Shown in pieces: positions 111,758 through 124,000 of a stretch of DNA of 124,000 nucleotides. The stretch comes from Octopus vulgaris (lineage: Eukaryota), in assembly GCA_951406725.2 (NCBI GenBank), contig OX597822.1, positions 43,420,001 through 43,544,000 of the forward strand, read 5' to 3'. The notes under the pieces were generated by a model. It did no database searches. It was not told where the DNA came from and saw only the letters and a program-made list of their open reading frames with translations. Every line of letters starts with the position of its first letter. Position 1 is the first letter of the stretch. The translations under genes and the position numbers were made by a program.

Positions 111758-113785
111758 TCAAACGTGAGACGCAAGAGCGAAATTAGAGGAGATAACAGGG
111801 TCAAATGACCTCGCCCCAACATAAGTGTGTGTGTGTGTATAAGAGAGTATGTAGTGCGTATGAGAGGTCTGGACGTGCGTATGTATATATGATGTGATGT
111901 GTAAAGTCGTATGGTGTAGTGTAGAGAGAGGAGATGAGGGGGAGAGGGGGAGTGAGGAAGAGGGGGGAAAGAAAAGAGGAGGGAAAAAGGAAAGAGGAGA
112001 AGGGGAGGGAGAAGGGGAAAGGTGAGAGTGAGGAGGGGGAGGGGGAGAATGAAAGAAGGAGGGGTGGTGAGGGTGAGATGAGATGAGGGGGTGGAGGGGG
112101 AAATGAGATGAGATGAGGGTGGTGGGTGGAGGGGAAAAGGAGATGAGGGTGGAGTGTGAGGGGGAGAAGGAAAGAGGAGAAGAGGAGGGAGGAGGAGGGG
112201 GAAGGGGGAGAAGGAAGGAGAAGAGAAGAGGAGGGAGGATAGAGGGAGGGGGAGAGGGAGAGAGAAGGGGAGTGAGGGAGCAGAGAGAAAGAGGGAAGGG
112301 GAAGAGGGAAGAAGAAAGAGGGAAGAAGGGAAGAGGAGGGAAAGGGAGTAGGGGTGAAAGGATGAAGGACTGAAGAGAAGTAGGGGTCGGGAGGAGGTTA
112401 GATGAGGAGGGGGGAGAGTTGAAACCAAATGGCGTAAAAGAGCGAAGAGAGAAGATTAATCCCTGTTCACGGCGCAAACGGGAATCCGGATGGCCTCTGT
112501 GCAAGGACAAACCGAACACAGACAGGTGTTGCAAGGAGTGACCGGTGGAGCGGAAATGGCGTGAGACCGGTGTGTCGTTGGCAAGGCGGACGTCACGGAG
112601 GTGTTCCGCGAACCGGTCAGCCAAGCGGCGTCCCGTTTGTCCGATGTACAGGGAATGGCAGAGAGAGCAGGAGACGCAAAAGATGATATTGCTGGAGGTG
112701 CAGGTGAAGGAGTTGATGATGCGATAGGGTCGATGATGGGTGCCAGTGAAAAGGGTGGTGTTGGAGAGGTAAGGGCAAGTGCGGCAACGTGGGCGGGAGC
112801 AGGGGAACGAGCCAGGTTGGGAGGTAGGATCAGGGAAGGAGCTGTGGACCAAAAGGTCTCGTAGGTTATGGGCTCGTTTGAAGGAGGGGAGGGGTCGGTT
112901 AGGGAAGAGGTGTGAAGTGGACGGGTCGGACTGGAGATGCCGGAAAGATCGAAGAATGGTGCGTTGGAGAGGTAGGGTCGTGGGGTGGTAAGTGAGCGGA
113001 AAAGGGAGGCGGGTTCGGGGAGAGAGAGCAGATGCACGGTCTACGGAACGTGCTCTGGCAAGGGCGGTGTGGATAGTGGAGAGGGGGTATCCACGTAGGA
113101 TGAAGTGGTGAGCCAAACGTTGAGACTGAGTCTCAAAGTCATGGTCGTCACTACAGAGCCTACGTAGACGGAGGAATTGGGAATAGGGGATGGAAAGCTT
113201 AGTGTGCTTTGGGTGGGAGGAAGAGAAGTTGAGGTATGAGTGTGAGTCTGTGTGTTTGTAGTGAATGGAGGTGGTAAGAGTGGAGTGATGAATGCTGACC
113301 GAAATGTCGAGGAAGGAGACAGAGGTGTTGGAGATGGAGGTGAAGTGGAGGGCTGGATGGAAGGATTGAACGAAAGAGAGGAAGGAATCTAGATGTTCAC
113401 GGGAGAGTGAGGTGGCACCGATAATGTCAATGTAACGACCGTATAGTTCAGGAGTGGGACCAGTGAAATTAGAGAATATTTGGGCCTCAACATAGCCAAC
113501 GAACAGGTTCGCATAGTTGGGGCCCATTCGCGTTCCCATGGCCACTCCCGAGGTATGTTGGTAGAACTCGCCCGCGAACGAGAAGCAGTTGAGAGTAAGG
113601 ACAAGTTCGGCCAGGCGAATGAGTGTGGTGTCAGGTTCAGGGTTGGGACGGAGGTCGAGAAAGTGTTGAAGTGCCCGCAGTCCTTCGTGGTGAGGGATAA
113701 CGGTATAGAGGCTCTGGATAAGCATAGTAAAAAGGATTTTGGGAGCCAGGAGGAAAGGAGAAATAGTTGAAAAGCCAGAGAGCAT
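111758..113785 (-). pseudogene. PLE RT/GIY-YIG ORF, frameshifted near 113760 and lacking one Asp of the YIDD motif
   Basis: 675-aa ORF reads YGRYIDIIG. N-terminal RT motifs lie in another frame, and the C-terminal Pro/Ser/Leu part is read-through into a polypyrimidine tract. Confidence 0.8.
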
Positions 113786-113925
113786 GGTTGGTATCGTGGA
113801 TGTGGGAGGGAAGAGACGCCACTAGGGGGGCAAGGACACGGTCGAGGTATTTAGAGATGAGCTCTGTGGGGCAGTTATAGGTGGAGACGATGGGGCGGCC
113901 AGGGTTGTTGGGTTTGTGGATTTTG

Positions 113926-113987
<62 letters not shown>

Positions 113988-113994
113988 ATATATA

Positions 113995-115042
113995 CTAGCA
114001 GTATCGCCCGGCGTTGCTCGGGTTTGTAAGGGAAAATAACTATATAAGCATTTTTAGAGAGTTATAGCAAAAAAATGCATTAAAAATGGAATAAAAAATG
114101 ATGGTAATTATTTTTTTTAATTGTTGACTCAGTGTCTTCAAGCCATGAAGTCGTTGTTCTAAAAGAACGCTGGTCTCCTTGACAACGCTTTACGACGTTG
114201 ATTTCCTTACACTCCCTTCCCCACAGCTTCACGAGGGAGGGAAGAAGGGGGTGAAGCAAACAGGTTCAGGTGTGAGCGTGGACGCCAACTCCGCCGCCAT
114301 CGACACACGAAAAAATATGCATTAAAATGGAATAAAAAATGATGTTAAATTATTTTTAAAATCGTAGACTCATCGTAGACGCGCGCTAATTCCCAGACGG
114401 GCTCGATATGAATCACGACTATAAGATACCCGAATTTGGTTAAACTGCACCGCAAAATGTGGGAGTACTTAGGAATCTAAATCGAAGGGGACAGACACTT
114501 ACACAACTACAGTTTTATATATATTGACTAGCAGTATCGCCCGGCGTTGCTCGGGTTTGTAAGGGAAATAACTATATAAGCATTTTTAGAGAGTTACTTC
114601 CCTTATAGATGCCAATTCGGGCTTTCTTAGCTATTTCTGTTTTGGTGTCTTCAAGCCATGAAGTCGTTGTTCTAAAAGAACGCTGGTCTCCTTGACAACG
114701 CTTTACGACGTTGATTTCCTTACACTCCCTTCCCCACAGCTTCACGAGGGAGGGTAGAAGGGGGAGAAGCAAACAGGTGCAGGTGTGACCATGGACGCCA
114801 ACTCCGCCGCCATCGACACACGAAAAATTATGCATTAAAATGGAATAAAAAATGATGTTAAATTATTTTTAAAATCGTAGACTCATCGTAGACGCGCGCT
114901 AATACTCAGACAGTCTCGATACGAATCACGACTATAAGATACCCGAATTTGGTTAAACTGCACCGCAAAATGTGGGAGTAGTTAGGAATCTAAATCGAAG
115001 GGGACAGACACTCACACAACTACAGTTTTATATATATATAGA
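113995..115042 (-). mobile_element. Head-to-tail tandem of two non-autonomous Helitrons
   Basis: Units 113995-114527 and 114528-115042, each with TC...hairpin-CTAG ends. Confidence 0.85.
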
Positions 115043-115519
115043 TATGTATGTATGTATGTATGTATGTATAATTCATATTTAAAGCTGGGCGCAGTATAAT
115101 ACCAGAAAGGAAAATTCAATCTTCACTAAGTACGACTAATGATACCTAGACACCTACATTGCTAGAAATAGAAGTAAAATACTTCCTCAAGGAAGAGCAC
115201 AAATCTACAAATCTATACACATAGGTTGGCTGAGGAACAAACCTTCACATGTCTGAATAGTGGGGCATGGTGAGGTTTGTTTATCTTTTATCTTTTACTT
115301 GTTTCAGACCACAGGACTGCGGCCATGTTGGAGCATCACCTCGAATAATTTTTAGTCAACTGATTCGATTCCAGTGTATATTTGTTTTTAAACCTGGTAC
115401 TTATGCTATCGGTTCCTTTCGCTGATCCGCTAAGTTCCACGGGGCGCAAACACATAAATAAAGTATATAAACGTATAAATAAAGTATATAAAGTATATAT
115501 ATATATATAAAGTATATAT

Positions 115520-115624
<105 letters not shown>

Positions 115625-116049
115625 TTTATAAAGTATATATATATATATATATATATGTAAAAAATACAAACTGGGACAAGAACGCAAAACATTTAGAAGA
115701 CGATACAAAAAATACAGACATTCGAAGCCTTCAATCTTCAGTCAAGAACCGGATCATTCTCGCAATTTCGGCCGGACAGTTTTGTTAAAATAAGTTTAAA
115801 GCTTATAAGCGATCACTGCGCCATTGCCTAAAGAAAATAGTCAAATAATTGGGTATTATCAGACTATTTTCTTTAGTCATTGCGCAGTAAGGGCTCACAA
115901 GCTTTAAGATTATTAAATACTATTATTATTATTTACAGAATTGTAAAAATCGACGCTGCTTCACAAAACTATCTTCCTTTTCGTCACGTGATCATCTTTC
116001 TTTTCCTGCATGGACGATGAAAAGAAAGGACGAATTTTTCTCTCTCTCT

Positions 116050-116447
116050 CTCTCATCTATCTTCTCTCTCGTAGTGTTCACTATTTTCCTCTCGCTCTGG
116101 TCTAACGACCCGAAATGTTTGTTTTCGTTCGGTTTTCTTATATATCACTATTGTAATTTTTTCCCCAACTTGGAACCTCCATGAATCCTAAATTTTATTT
116201 TAGAATTTATGGGAGCAACTATCTTTGCAAACTCATATTGTCTTTGAGTGCTCGAAAAGAGTACTAGATAGACAGCCGACAACTGATAAAGGGTCGTTTC
116301 TCTGTGTTTACTTGTCCTGTTTTCCATTTTACTTGTTTACGTATTTTACTCGTTTTTCCATTGTTTCTTTATGTATTTCATGTTATTTGCACCGTTGGTA
116401 ACGTTCCCATATATGCATGTGTGTGCATATATACATACATATATACA

Positions 116448-116483
<36 letters not shown>

Positions 116484-117129
116484 TATATATACATATATAT
116501 ATTATTTATATAAAAATATAATTATGACGCGAACTCTTTAACCCTTTACTTGACCTTTCCTTCCTTCCTGTCTGTCTTCCGCTTTACCTGTCTCTCTCTT
116601 CTTATTTTTCACCCTTTATGATTTCCTTTCCTCTCTCTCTCTCTCTCACTTCTCCTCATCTCTCTCACTGCTGAGTGGACTACCAACTTTCTTTTGCTCG
116701 CAGCTTTCTACAAGTCAACACCGACTTTTTCTTGCGCTCCGAATTTTTCCATCGTCTAGGCTTAAAAAAAGCCCTCAATGTTGATTTCATTGTCCTGTTT
116801 TTATTCTTTATGTGCACTGTATTTTTATTTGTATTGCTTTTACGTCCTGTTCTTGTCACTTTTTTTCTTTCCTTGTTTTACTCCTCTGCAGAAAAAATTT
116901 ATTTAATTCTTTTGCAGGAAGGATTGCTTCGGCGGGTCGTGTTCTGTCCTTACCTACGAAATACGCATTGAGTCGAACCAGGGACAGCTGATGAAGGGGA
117001 ATATTCCTTGTATTGTTTGTCTTGTACTCTGTTTTTTCGTTGTTAAAAAAGTCCGTTTCCTAGTTTGTTTTTATGTTTTCGTTTCTCGTTTTGTTCTACG
117101 TTTATTTGTGGTGTCCTGTACTCATATTT

Positions 117130-117130
<1 letters not shown>
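116050..117130 (+). mobile_element. Two PLE-like terminal-repeat remnants with split hammerhead-like elements
   Basis: CTGATAA/CTGATGA-AGGG motifs preceded by a stem-I-like hairpin; T-rich PLE-type 3' sequence ending in (TA)/(CA)n. Confidence 0.4.
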
Positions 117131-117184
<54 letters not shown>

Positions 117185-117337
117185 TGTATATATACATATA
117201 GATGTAGGTACGTACATATATGTATGTATGCATATATTTTATTTATTAAATTATTATATTATATATGTATATATATATATATATGTTTGTATATGTGTAT
117301 ATATATATATATGTATGTATATATGTATATATGTATG

Positions 117338-117368
<31 letters not shown>

Positions 117369-118446
117369 ATATGTATGTACGTATGTATGTATATATATAT
117401 ATACGTGTGTGTGTGTATGCAGAGGGAGGGAGGGAGGGAGAGAGAGAGAAAATGAAAGAGATAGACAGACAGAAACAGAGAGAGGGGTCCCAAAGCACAT
117501 GTACCCCATGTTTATTAAAGTATATTTCATTTTTCAAAGAAGAAGTTGATTTTAACTCTTCTATGGACGTCTGTTTTCAAACATATGACGGTTCTCGTCC
117601 AGGAACTGGTGATGATGAATGCGAAGCAATGGAATCGGATAGACTGTTCTTGGAATGTAACTATTCCAATAACTGGGATTCAAAATGAGATAGGTGCTCG
117701 GTATTGAAATTCCGATCTCACGATACGCTTGCTGCACAGATTTTCCTTAAATTTGACCATACGTTTCCAGTACCTTTTCTTGTTTGTGTGGCACGTAAAT
117801 GTCTGCAATCATCCGGAACGATTCTCGTAGATATTCCAGAAATTTCCATCTGCTTCAAACTTACCTCTAATTCCAGTGATGATAAGTCGTGTAGCTGTAT
117901 CTGTCTGGAACTACCTCCTAAACTGTCTTCGAAATTCAACTGCATTTTAAAACTTCCAATAGTTTTTAGTCTAATTTTTTTGATCAAAGCTTAGTCTGGC
118001 AGTCTTCGTGATTTCTAATAGATTAAATTTCAAACCAAGAAAAAAAAAGAAAATGATTTATCAGCTTTTAGGGAAGTATGTGTCCATCTTTTTGGAGCAA
118101 CCTCTACATACATACATACATACATACATACATACATACATACATACATACATACATACATACATACATACATACATACATACATACATACATACATACA
118201 TACATACATACATACATACATACGTATCATCAGTAACATATTTTGTCACAATTATCTTACCTGAAAGGCATGATATGTCAGGCAGTGACCTTTTCTATTG
118301 CTGTTTAGTTCCAAGTTTGTTTCACTGTAGAAAGATGCTGACTAGACGAATAATATTTTGCCAGAGAATATTGGGAGAGTCTTCGGCTTACGTCGCAGAT
118401 AATCTTTTTAGTATTGAAGTTGGGTGCTTAAAATCGTTTGTATATA

Positions 118447-118676
118447 CTGGGTGTTCAAAAATTCACTCCGCAGTGAATTTTCTTCATCCTGCTCAAATAT
118501 TGCCTATCTATTTGTAGGTGAACTCACTTAAAGTGAAATTAACAATGCATACTTTCAGCAAGATGGAACTACAGCACATACTTCGCGCATCTAATATATT
118601 CTTTTGTAGTCTTATATCATCTTATAAATATTTATTTTGCAAGAAAATACTGCAGAGAAACTTTTTGAACACTCTG
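118447..118676. mobile_element. Tc1/mariner-type MITE
   Basis: TA-c(t)gggtgttcaaaaa ... tttttgaacactctg-TA. Confidence 0.6.
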
Positions 118677-119426
118677 TATAACTGTAATTCGTTCGCGTTT
118701 CCACAACTACACCGTGCCTTTGTTATCATACACTCCTCCACGAAGTGCATTTTCCATGACATCGCTTAATGCCTAACAAATTACTTGTTTTACCAAAAGA
118801 TTTCCTAGAATGTGTAGGACTATCTCGAGTATATATCATCGTTCACAAAAGAAAATAAATCTTTTGGCAAGACTAGCTTTTATATTAGACAGTTTCCCAC
118901 AGACAGGTGAGAATCTGCCTACTTGAGTTGAACGCCTATAGAGTATATTCTTTATGTCGTTGAATGAATCAACTGCTATTCTATTGTATAAAACTTGTCG
119001 TTTGTGTAATTTTGATGTTGTTATATTCGATGATTTTCATGTAATTAATTCGTCTTTTGCTGGTTGATCAGTTTCCACTTTGGCTCAGCAAAGTGTTTTT
119101 TTTGCTGCCGTTCTATAGACTGAATGGTTGCTGCCACGCAAGACACCATGATCTCTTGTTTCTGCGGTAAAATATAACGAAAATCATACTTATGATACTG
119201 CGAAAAATCGTCAAATATGAAATCATTTATATAGATAGACACGTATATGTATGTACATAGGTACATAGTACGTACGTACGTATGTATGTGTGTATGTATG
119301 TATGTATGTATGTATGTATGTATGTATGTATGTATGTATGTATGTATGTATGTATGTATGTATGTATGTATGTATGTATGTATGAATGTATGTATGTATG
119401 TATGCATGTATGTTTATATATATCTG

Positions 119427-119465
<39 letters not shown>

Positions 119466-119469
119466 ATAT

Positions 119470-120110
119470 AAACTTTGATAAACTAAGATATGTTTCGATC
119501 AAAGATTGATCCAGGCCATGTCTAACTTAATAGCACCACCTGATAGGATTATTCGAATTCTGTTTAAGTCAAGTTTTGTTCAAGTAGTGAGTTCTTGTTG
119601 GGTGAGTTGTATCAAGTTTTGTTCAAGTAGTGAGTTCTTGTTGGGTGAGTTGTATCACGTTTTGTTCAAGTAGTGAGTTCTTGTTGGGTGAATTGTATCC
119701 AATTATGGGTGGCTTATCTGGTATACTTTGAAGGAATCTATCCAGACTCCGTTTAAAGTTGATGGGATCCTTTTTCTCTTTGATCTCCCTCGGGACAATG
119801 TTAAATAGGGCAGGGCCTGTCGAGGAAAAGAAATTATGTTGCAGTGTACATGTATGTTATGATCTTGAATTGGGCAGGGGACGTATGGCCCGTGGTCCCA
119901 GTCTTGGATGAATATTGAAGCTAATGTTAAGGTCGTTTGGGCAAAGTTGGCGGTATATTCTCCACATCGTACAAATGATGTACCGCTCACGGCGAGGCTG
120001 GAGGGAGTAAAGTTTCAAGGCTTTAAGGCGATCCCAATAAGGGAGAGCAGCCATGCCTTCAATTCGTTTAGTGAGTGCCCTCTGGGGTGACTCAATTCTG
120101 GAGATGTTTT
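119470..120110 (-). mobile_element. 5'-truncated CR1/L2-group LINE with triplicated 43-bp segment
   Basis: Same family as 25697-26200; 43-bp unit x3 at 119570-119699. Confidence 0.85.
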
Positions 120111-120135
120111 GTCTTGTATATATATATATATATAT

Positions 120136-120720
120136 AAATAGATCCGCTATGGTATAGCCACTAAAAATTGTTTCCAAGGAGAAATAACACAACATTTAAC
120201 GAACGGCAAGTGAAAAATAACGAAAAAATAGATTAACTCTGGACAATTGTTTCATTATTAATGTAGTATGCAATTTTACTTACATAACATCTATAATTCA
120301 TCAGCAGAAGTTTGTCTAAAATACAATTTATTAAATCGCACGTTAAAATTTGACGCAGCGTCAAACACACGTGCGGTTCAATCGATTGTATTAGCAGCTA
120401 TGATTCAAATTTCCCCGCCAAAAGTATGATAAGACTTCTGGAAACGAATACTGCATAAAATATTTACTGCAGTATAATTAAATTTACAAATGAGGGTGAA
120501 AAATTTGATATTAATTGTGTTATTTCTCCTTGGGAACAATTTTTAGTGGCTATACCGTAGCGGATCTATTTTTAGCACTAGAGTCGACCACATAGTGGTT
120601 ACTCTCTCATATTTATGTATAAATTTGTATTGTATCCCTGGCTTTTATGTGCTAAGCCACTTGGTGTTAAATTGATGGTATTATTAAATTAATATCAAAT
120701 TTTTCACCCTCATTTGTAAA
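120136..120720. repeat. Two overlapping inverted-repeat pairs
   Basis: About 57-bp pair (120136-120192 / 120515-120570) and about 35-bp pair (120482-120516 / 120688-120720). Confidence 0.75.
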
Positions 120721-120768
<48 letters not shown>

Positions 120769-120846
120769 TCATAATATACAGACAGCATATATATATACAG
120801 AAATTTTGTATATGTATTAGATTGTGTATGTCTGACTTCGTGTGTA

Positions 120847-120914
<68 letters not shown>

Positions 120915-121080
120915 CATACATACATAATTTGAGACTACAAGACACCGTAGAAGATTTATAATAGAATTTTAAACAATAGCGCGCAATGGAATTCTTAGAC
121001 TTACTGTTATAATACCTAAAGTTATAATGACCTCACTTTGTATTACTGCTCTTCCTGCACCTAATACTGTAGTTATAAAA

Positions 121081-121130
<50 letters not shown>

Positions 121131-121620
121131 CGTTATATATTAAGACGGGAGGCTCTACTATTATTCACAAAGACAGAGAAATGAAGTCTCTGAAGACCCT
121201 CATTGTAGAATTACAATATAATTTACTTCATATTAAAAATATTTATATTATCGTTATTTCAAAATTATACTACGGTTATGTTCGATTATAACAACATACA
121301 AGTGTGTTTTAATGGCTAAAGTGATTCTACCGCGTTGTGACTGATTTAGTCACGAAAGGTTATCTGTTGGCCGAGGTGTGGCTATGGGGTGAGAGGGCTG
121401 CTCCGCAACCACATGGTTCTGGGTTTCGATCCACTGCGCGGCACGTTTGGCAATTGTCTTCTACTAAAGTAACGGGCTGACCGAAGTCTTGGGAGTAGAT
121501 TCGGTAGGCGGAAACTGAATGAAGATCATCGTATACATCAATCCATCCATCCATCCATCCATCCATCCATCCATCCATCCATCCATCCATACATACATAC
121601 ATACATACATACACACACAA

Positions 121621-121656
<36 letters not shown>

Positions 121657-121661
121657 AAAAA

Positions 121662-122503
121662 ATTAATAAAAAGAATTCCAACCTTGTCTGATTTTCACGT
121701 TTTATTTACAATCTTATAATGATATATTATAAGATAATATATTATAATTGTCAGCCCAAGTGAAATCGAGAGGAAAATCAGAGAAAAGAATTTTATTGAT
121801 AAATTCGAACCCAAGCTAAATAAGCAATAATAATAATACTTAGAGGTATTACTTCCACTGCTACGACCATGACCACTAACAACAACAACAATACTAAAGG
121901 TGATCAAGACAAAGATAGCAGGAAAATTATCTTATTTAGGGTTAAAAGTTCTATTGCCACCACCATCACCACTAGCAACAATAATTAAGGTGCTGACAAT
122001 GATGATGATGACAATTGAAATATAAAAATATAAAAATCTCTGACAAAGGATATTTACAACATTTCTAAAAATAACCCAACAATTGCTGCTTCGGCCAGGG
122101 TCAAGATACAGGACTCTTGACCTGTCCAACAAAGCGTGATGCCTAAACCAATCAGCTCAACCAACCAATCAGCTTAAGTAATTGAGTGATACTACACACT
122201 GATTGGTCAGAATACAGTTTGCAAAACCTAGCACTCTGGAGCCTACCCAGCTGTATTTATAGCACAGAATCACTCATCTTGCTACAGTCAAAAATTGTGA
122301 AGCATGACTGTCAACACTACTACATGAACCCGAAGATTGCAGAATTCAATGCATGAAAGTACTAGTTCAATCAGAATGAATATTTAACATTCTACTATTT
122401 CATTTTATTTTATTCAATTATAATATATTATCTTATAATATATCATTATAAGATTGTAAATAAAACGTGAAAATCAGACAAGGTTGGAATTCTTTTTATT
122501 AAT
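121662..122503. mobile_element. About 840-bp unit bounded by about 89-bp inverted repeats, containing a GIY-YIG C-terminal remnant
   Basis: Arms 121662-121750 and 122415-122503; ERKIREKNFIDKFEPKLNK just inside the left arm; (TA)n outside both arms. Confidence 0.6.
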
Positions 122504-122907
122504 ATATATATATATATATATATATAAAGAAAAAATAAAACAAAAAAACGCAATAGAAGACAATAAAACATTCGGACAGATAGACGATACAAAGGCGGAC
122601 AGGAGAAACAACAATTTGAAGGACAGGAAAAAAAAAAGGTGGGTCATTCGTGGCCTTCTTTCATCAGTCAAGTATACCAAAAGTCCTTACTGTTCCGGAC
122701 AGTTATGCTCGAGACAGTTCATTCTGGTTGCTCCCCCACCCCCAAAGTCAAATCTAGGAGCATTAGATTCTTTTGTAAGGAAGCTAGTGAATGTGTACTG
122801 CAACAAAAGCAAAAAAACGGAGTACATGGTACACAAATCCAAATGAAAACAAGAATATAACAGCAGGTGTCTTTTGACTAATAACAAAATATACATACAT
122901 ACATACA

Positions 122908-122984
<77 letters not shown>

Positions 122985-122989
122985 GTCTG

Positions 122990-123165
<176 letters not shown>

Positions 123166-123249
123166 CATACACACATATAACCATGTATATTCATATATCA
123201 ATAAACACGATTATATATGCTTATAAACAAAAGCAGATTCTTTTTTATT

Positions 123250-123438
123250 CTTTTTTCTTTTATTTATTTCAGTTATTTGGCTACGCCCATGCTGTAGCAC
123301 CACGTTGTAGTCGAACAAATCAACCCCAGAACTTATTGTTTGTAAGCCTATCGGTCTCTTTGCCGAACCACCGCTAAGTTAAGGGAACTTAAACACGCCA
123401 GCATCGGTTGTCAAGCGACGGTGGAAGGACAAAGACAG

Positions 123439-123512
<74 letters not shown>

Positions 123513-123660
123513 GACGGGCTTCTTTCAGTTTCCGACTACCAAATCCACTCACAATGGTTTGGTCTACTCGAGACTATACGAGAAGACACATGCCCAAGGT
123601 GGCACGCAGTTGGAGTGAACTATGAGGTTGGTAAGCAAGCCACTTACCACACAGCCACAC
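123250..123660 (-). mobile_element. SINE family B with internal microsatellite
   Basis: Reverse complement head and tail. Confidence 0.75.
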
Positions 123661-123837
123661 TTATACGTTGTTATAATCGAACATAACCGCAGCATAATTT
123701 TGATATAAATACGTAAAGATATACATGTGTATCTGTTACTCTCTTTTAAAAAAATTTTTTTTTTACTTGTTTCAGTCATTTGACTGAGGCCATGCTGGAG
123801 CACCGCCTTTAGTCGAGCAAATCGACCCCGAGACTTA

Positions 123838-124000
123838 TTCCTTGATTGTGATGTTGAACTTATAAATGGTCTATGACTATTTAATTTTTTCCCACTAGGC
123901 CGCTGGTGGCAAATAAATTCTACGAAATTTTTTGCCACCCTATATTGATTAATTATGAATTTTCTGGTTAATTCCGTAATGGAATCGACGGCTTATATTT
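123838..124000 (+). mobile_element. Third, diverged copy of the 491-bp retrozyme-like repeat spanning the unit junction (runs off the window end)
   Basis: About 90% identical by eye to the reverse complement of 81430-81620, including ...ctatattgattaa|ttatgaattttctgg... Confidence 0.85.

Larger units (their letters stand above)
111530..113932 (-). mobile_element. Penelope-like element (RT plus GIY-YIG, Neptune/Poseidon-like), 5'-truncated, in (TA)n
   Basis: PKIHKPNNPGRPIVS, GVAMGTRMGPNYANLF, FLD, CRTCPY, NIIFCVSCSLCHSLYIGQTGRRLADRFAEH; terminal repeat with hammerhead. Confidence 0.9.

Noticed and set aside
122640-122680. Repeat family with minus-strand CTGA(T/A)GA...GAATG (also 109.6 and 115.7 kb)
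   Set aside because: It may be a ribozyme-derived motif, but I could not fold stems consistently, so it is left uncalled.

Overview
This is AT-rich, extremely microsatellite-dense eukaryotic DNA. The SINE repertoire and the repeat landscape suggest an octopus or other cephalopod (inference). I could not support any host protein-coding exon. Nearly all ORFs in the track are translated (TA)n, (CA)n, (TATC)n, (TATG)n or (AAT)n repeats, or they are decayed transposon ORFs. The window holds: several modular tRNA-headed SINE families; CR1/L2-type, RTE, Tx1/L1-like and R4/Dong-like LINE remnants; Penelope-like elements (PLEs), including one with RT and GIY-YIG domains at 111.5-113.9 kb; non-autonomous Helitrons; Tc1/mariner and pogo fossils and MITEs; and several long fold-backs. 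The top observation is at 81009-81992. It is a non-coding 491-bp unit repeated head-to-tail twice inside a (TA)n tract, and each unit carries a complete type I hammerhead ribozyme on the minus strand. That hammerhead has an 8-bp stem I, CUGAUGA/GAAA core, GUC cleavage triplet, and a stem II extended by a 19-bp helix rich in G-U pairs. A diverged third copy at 123838-124000 contains the same unit-to-unit junction. This matches a non-LTR retrozyme (a ribozyme-bearing, circRNA-forming non-autonomous retroelement), probably mobilised by PLEs. About 15 further hammerhead motifs occur in PLE terminal repeats, several with recurrent non-canonical cores. Microsatellites act as specific insertion targets: Dong elements and a 560-bp non-coding element in (AAT)n, Tx1-like elements in (TATC)n and (ATT)n, and PLEs and the retrozyme in (TA)n.
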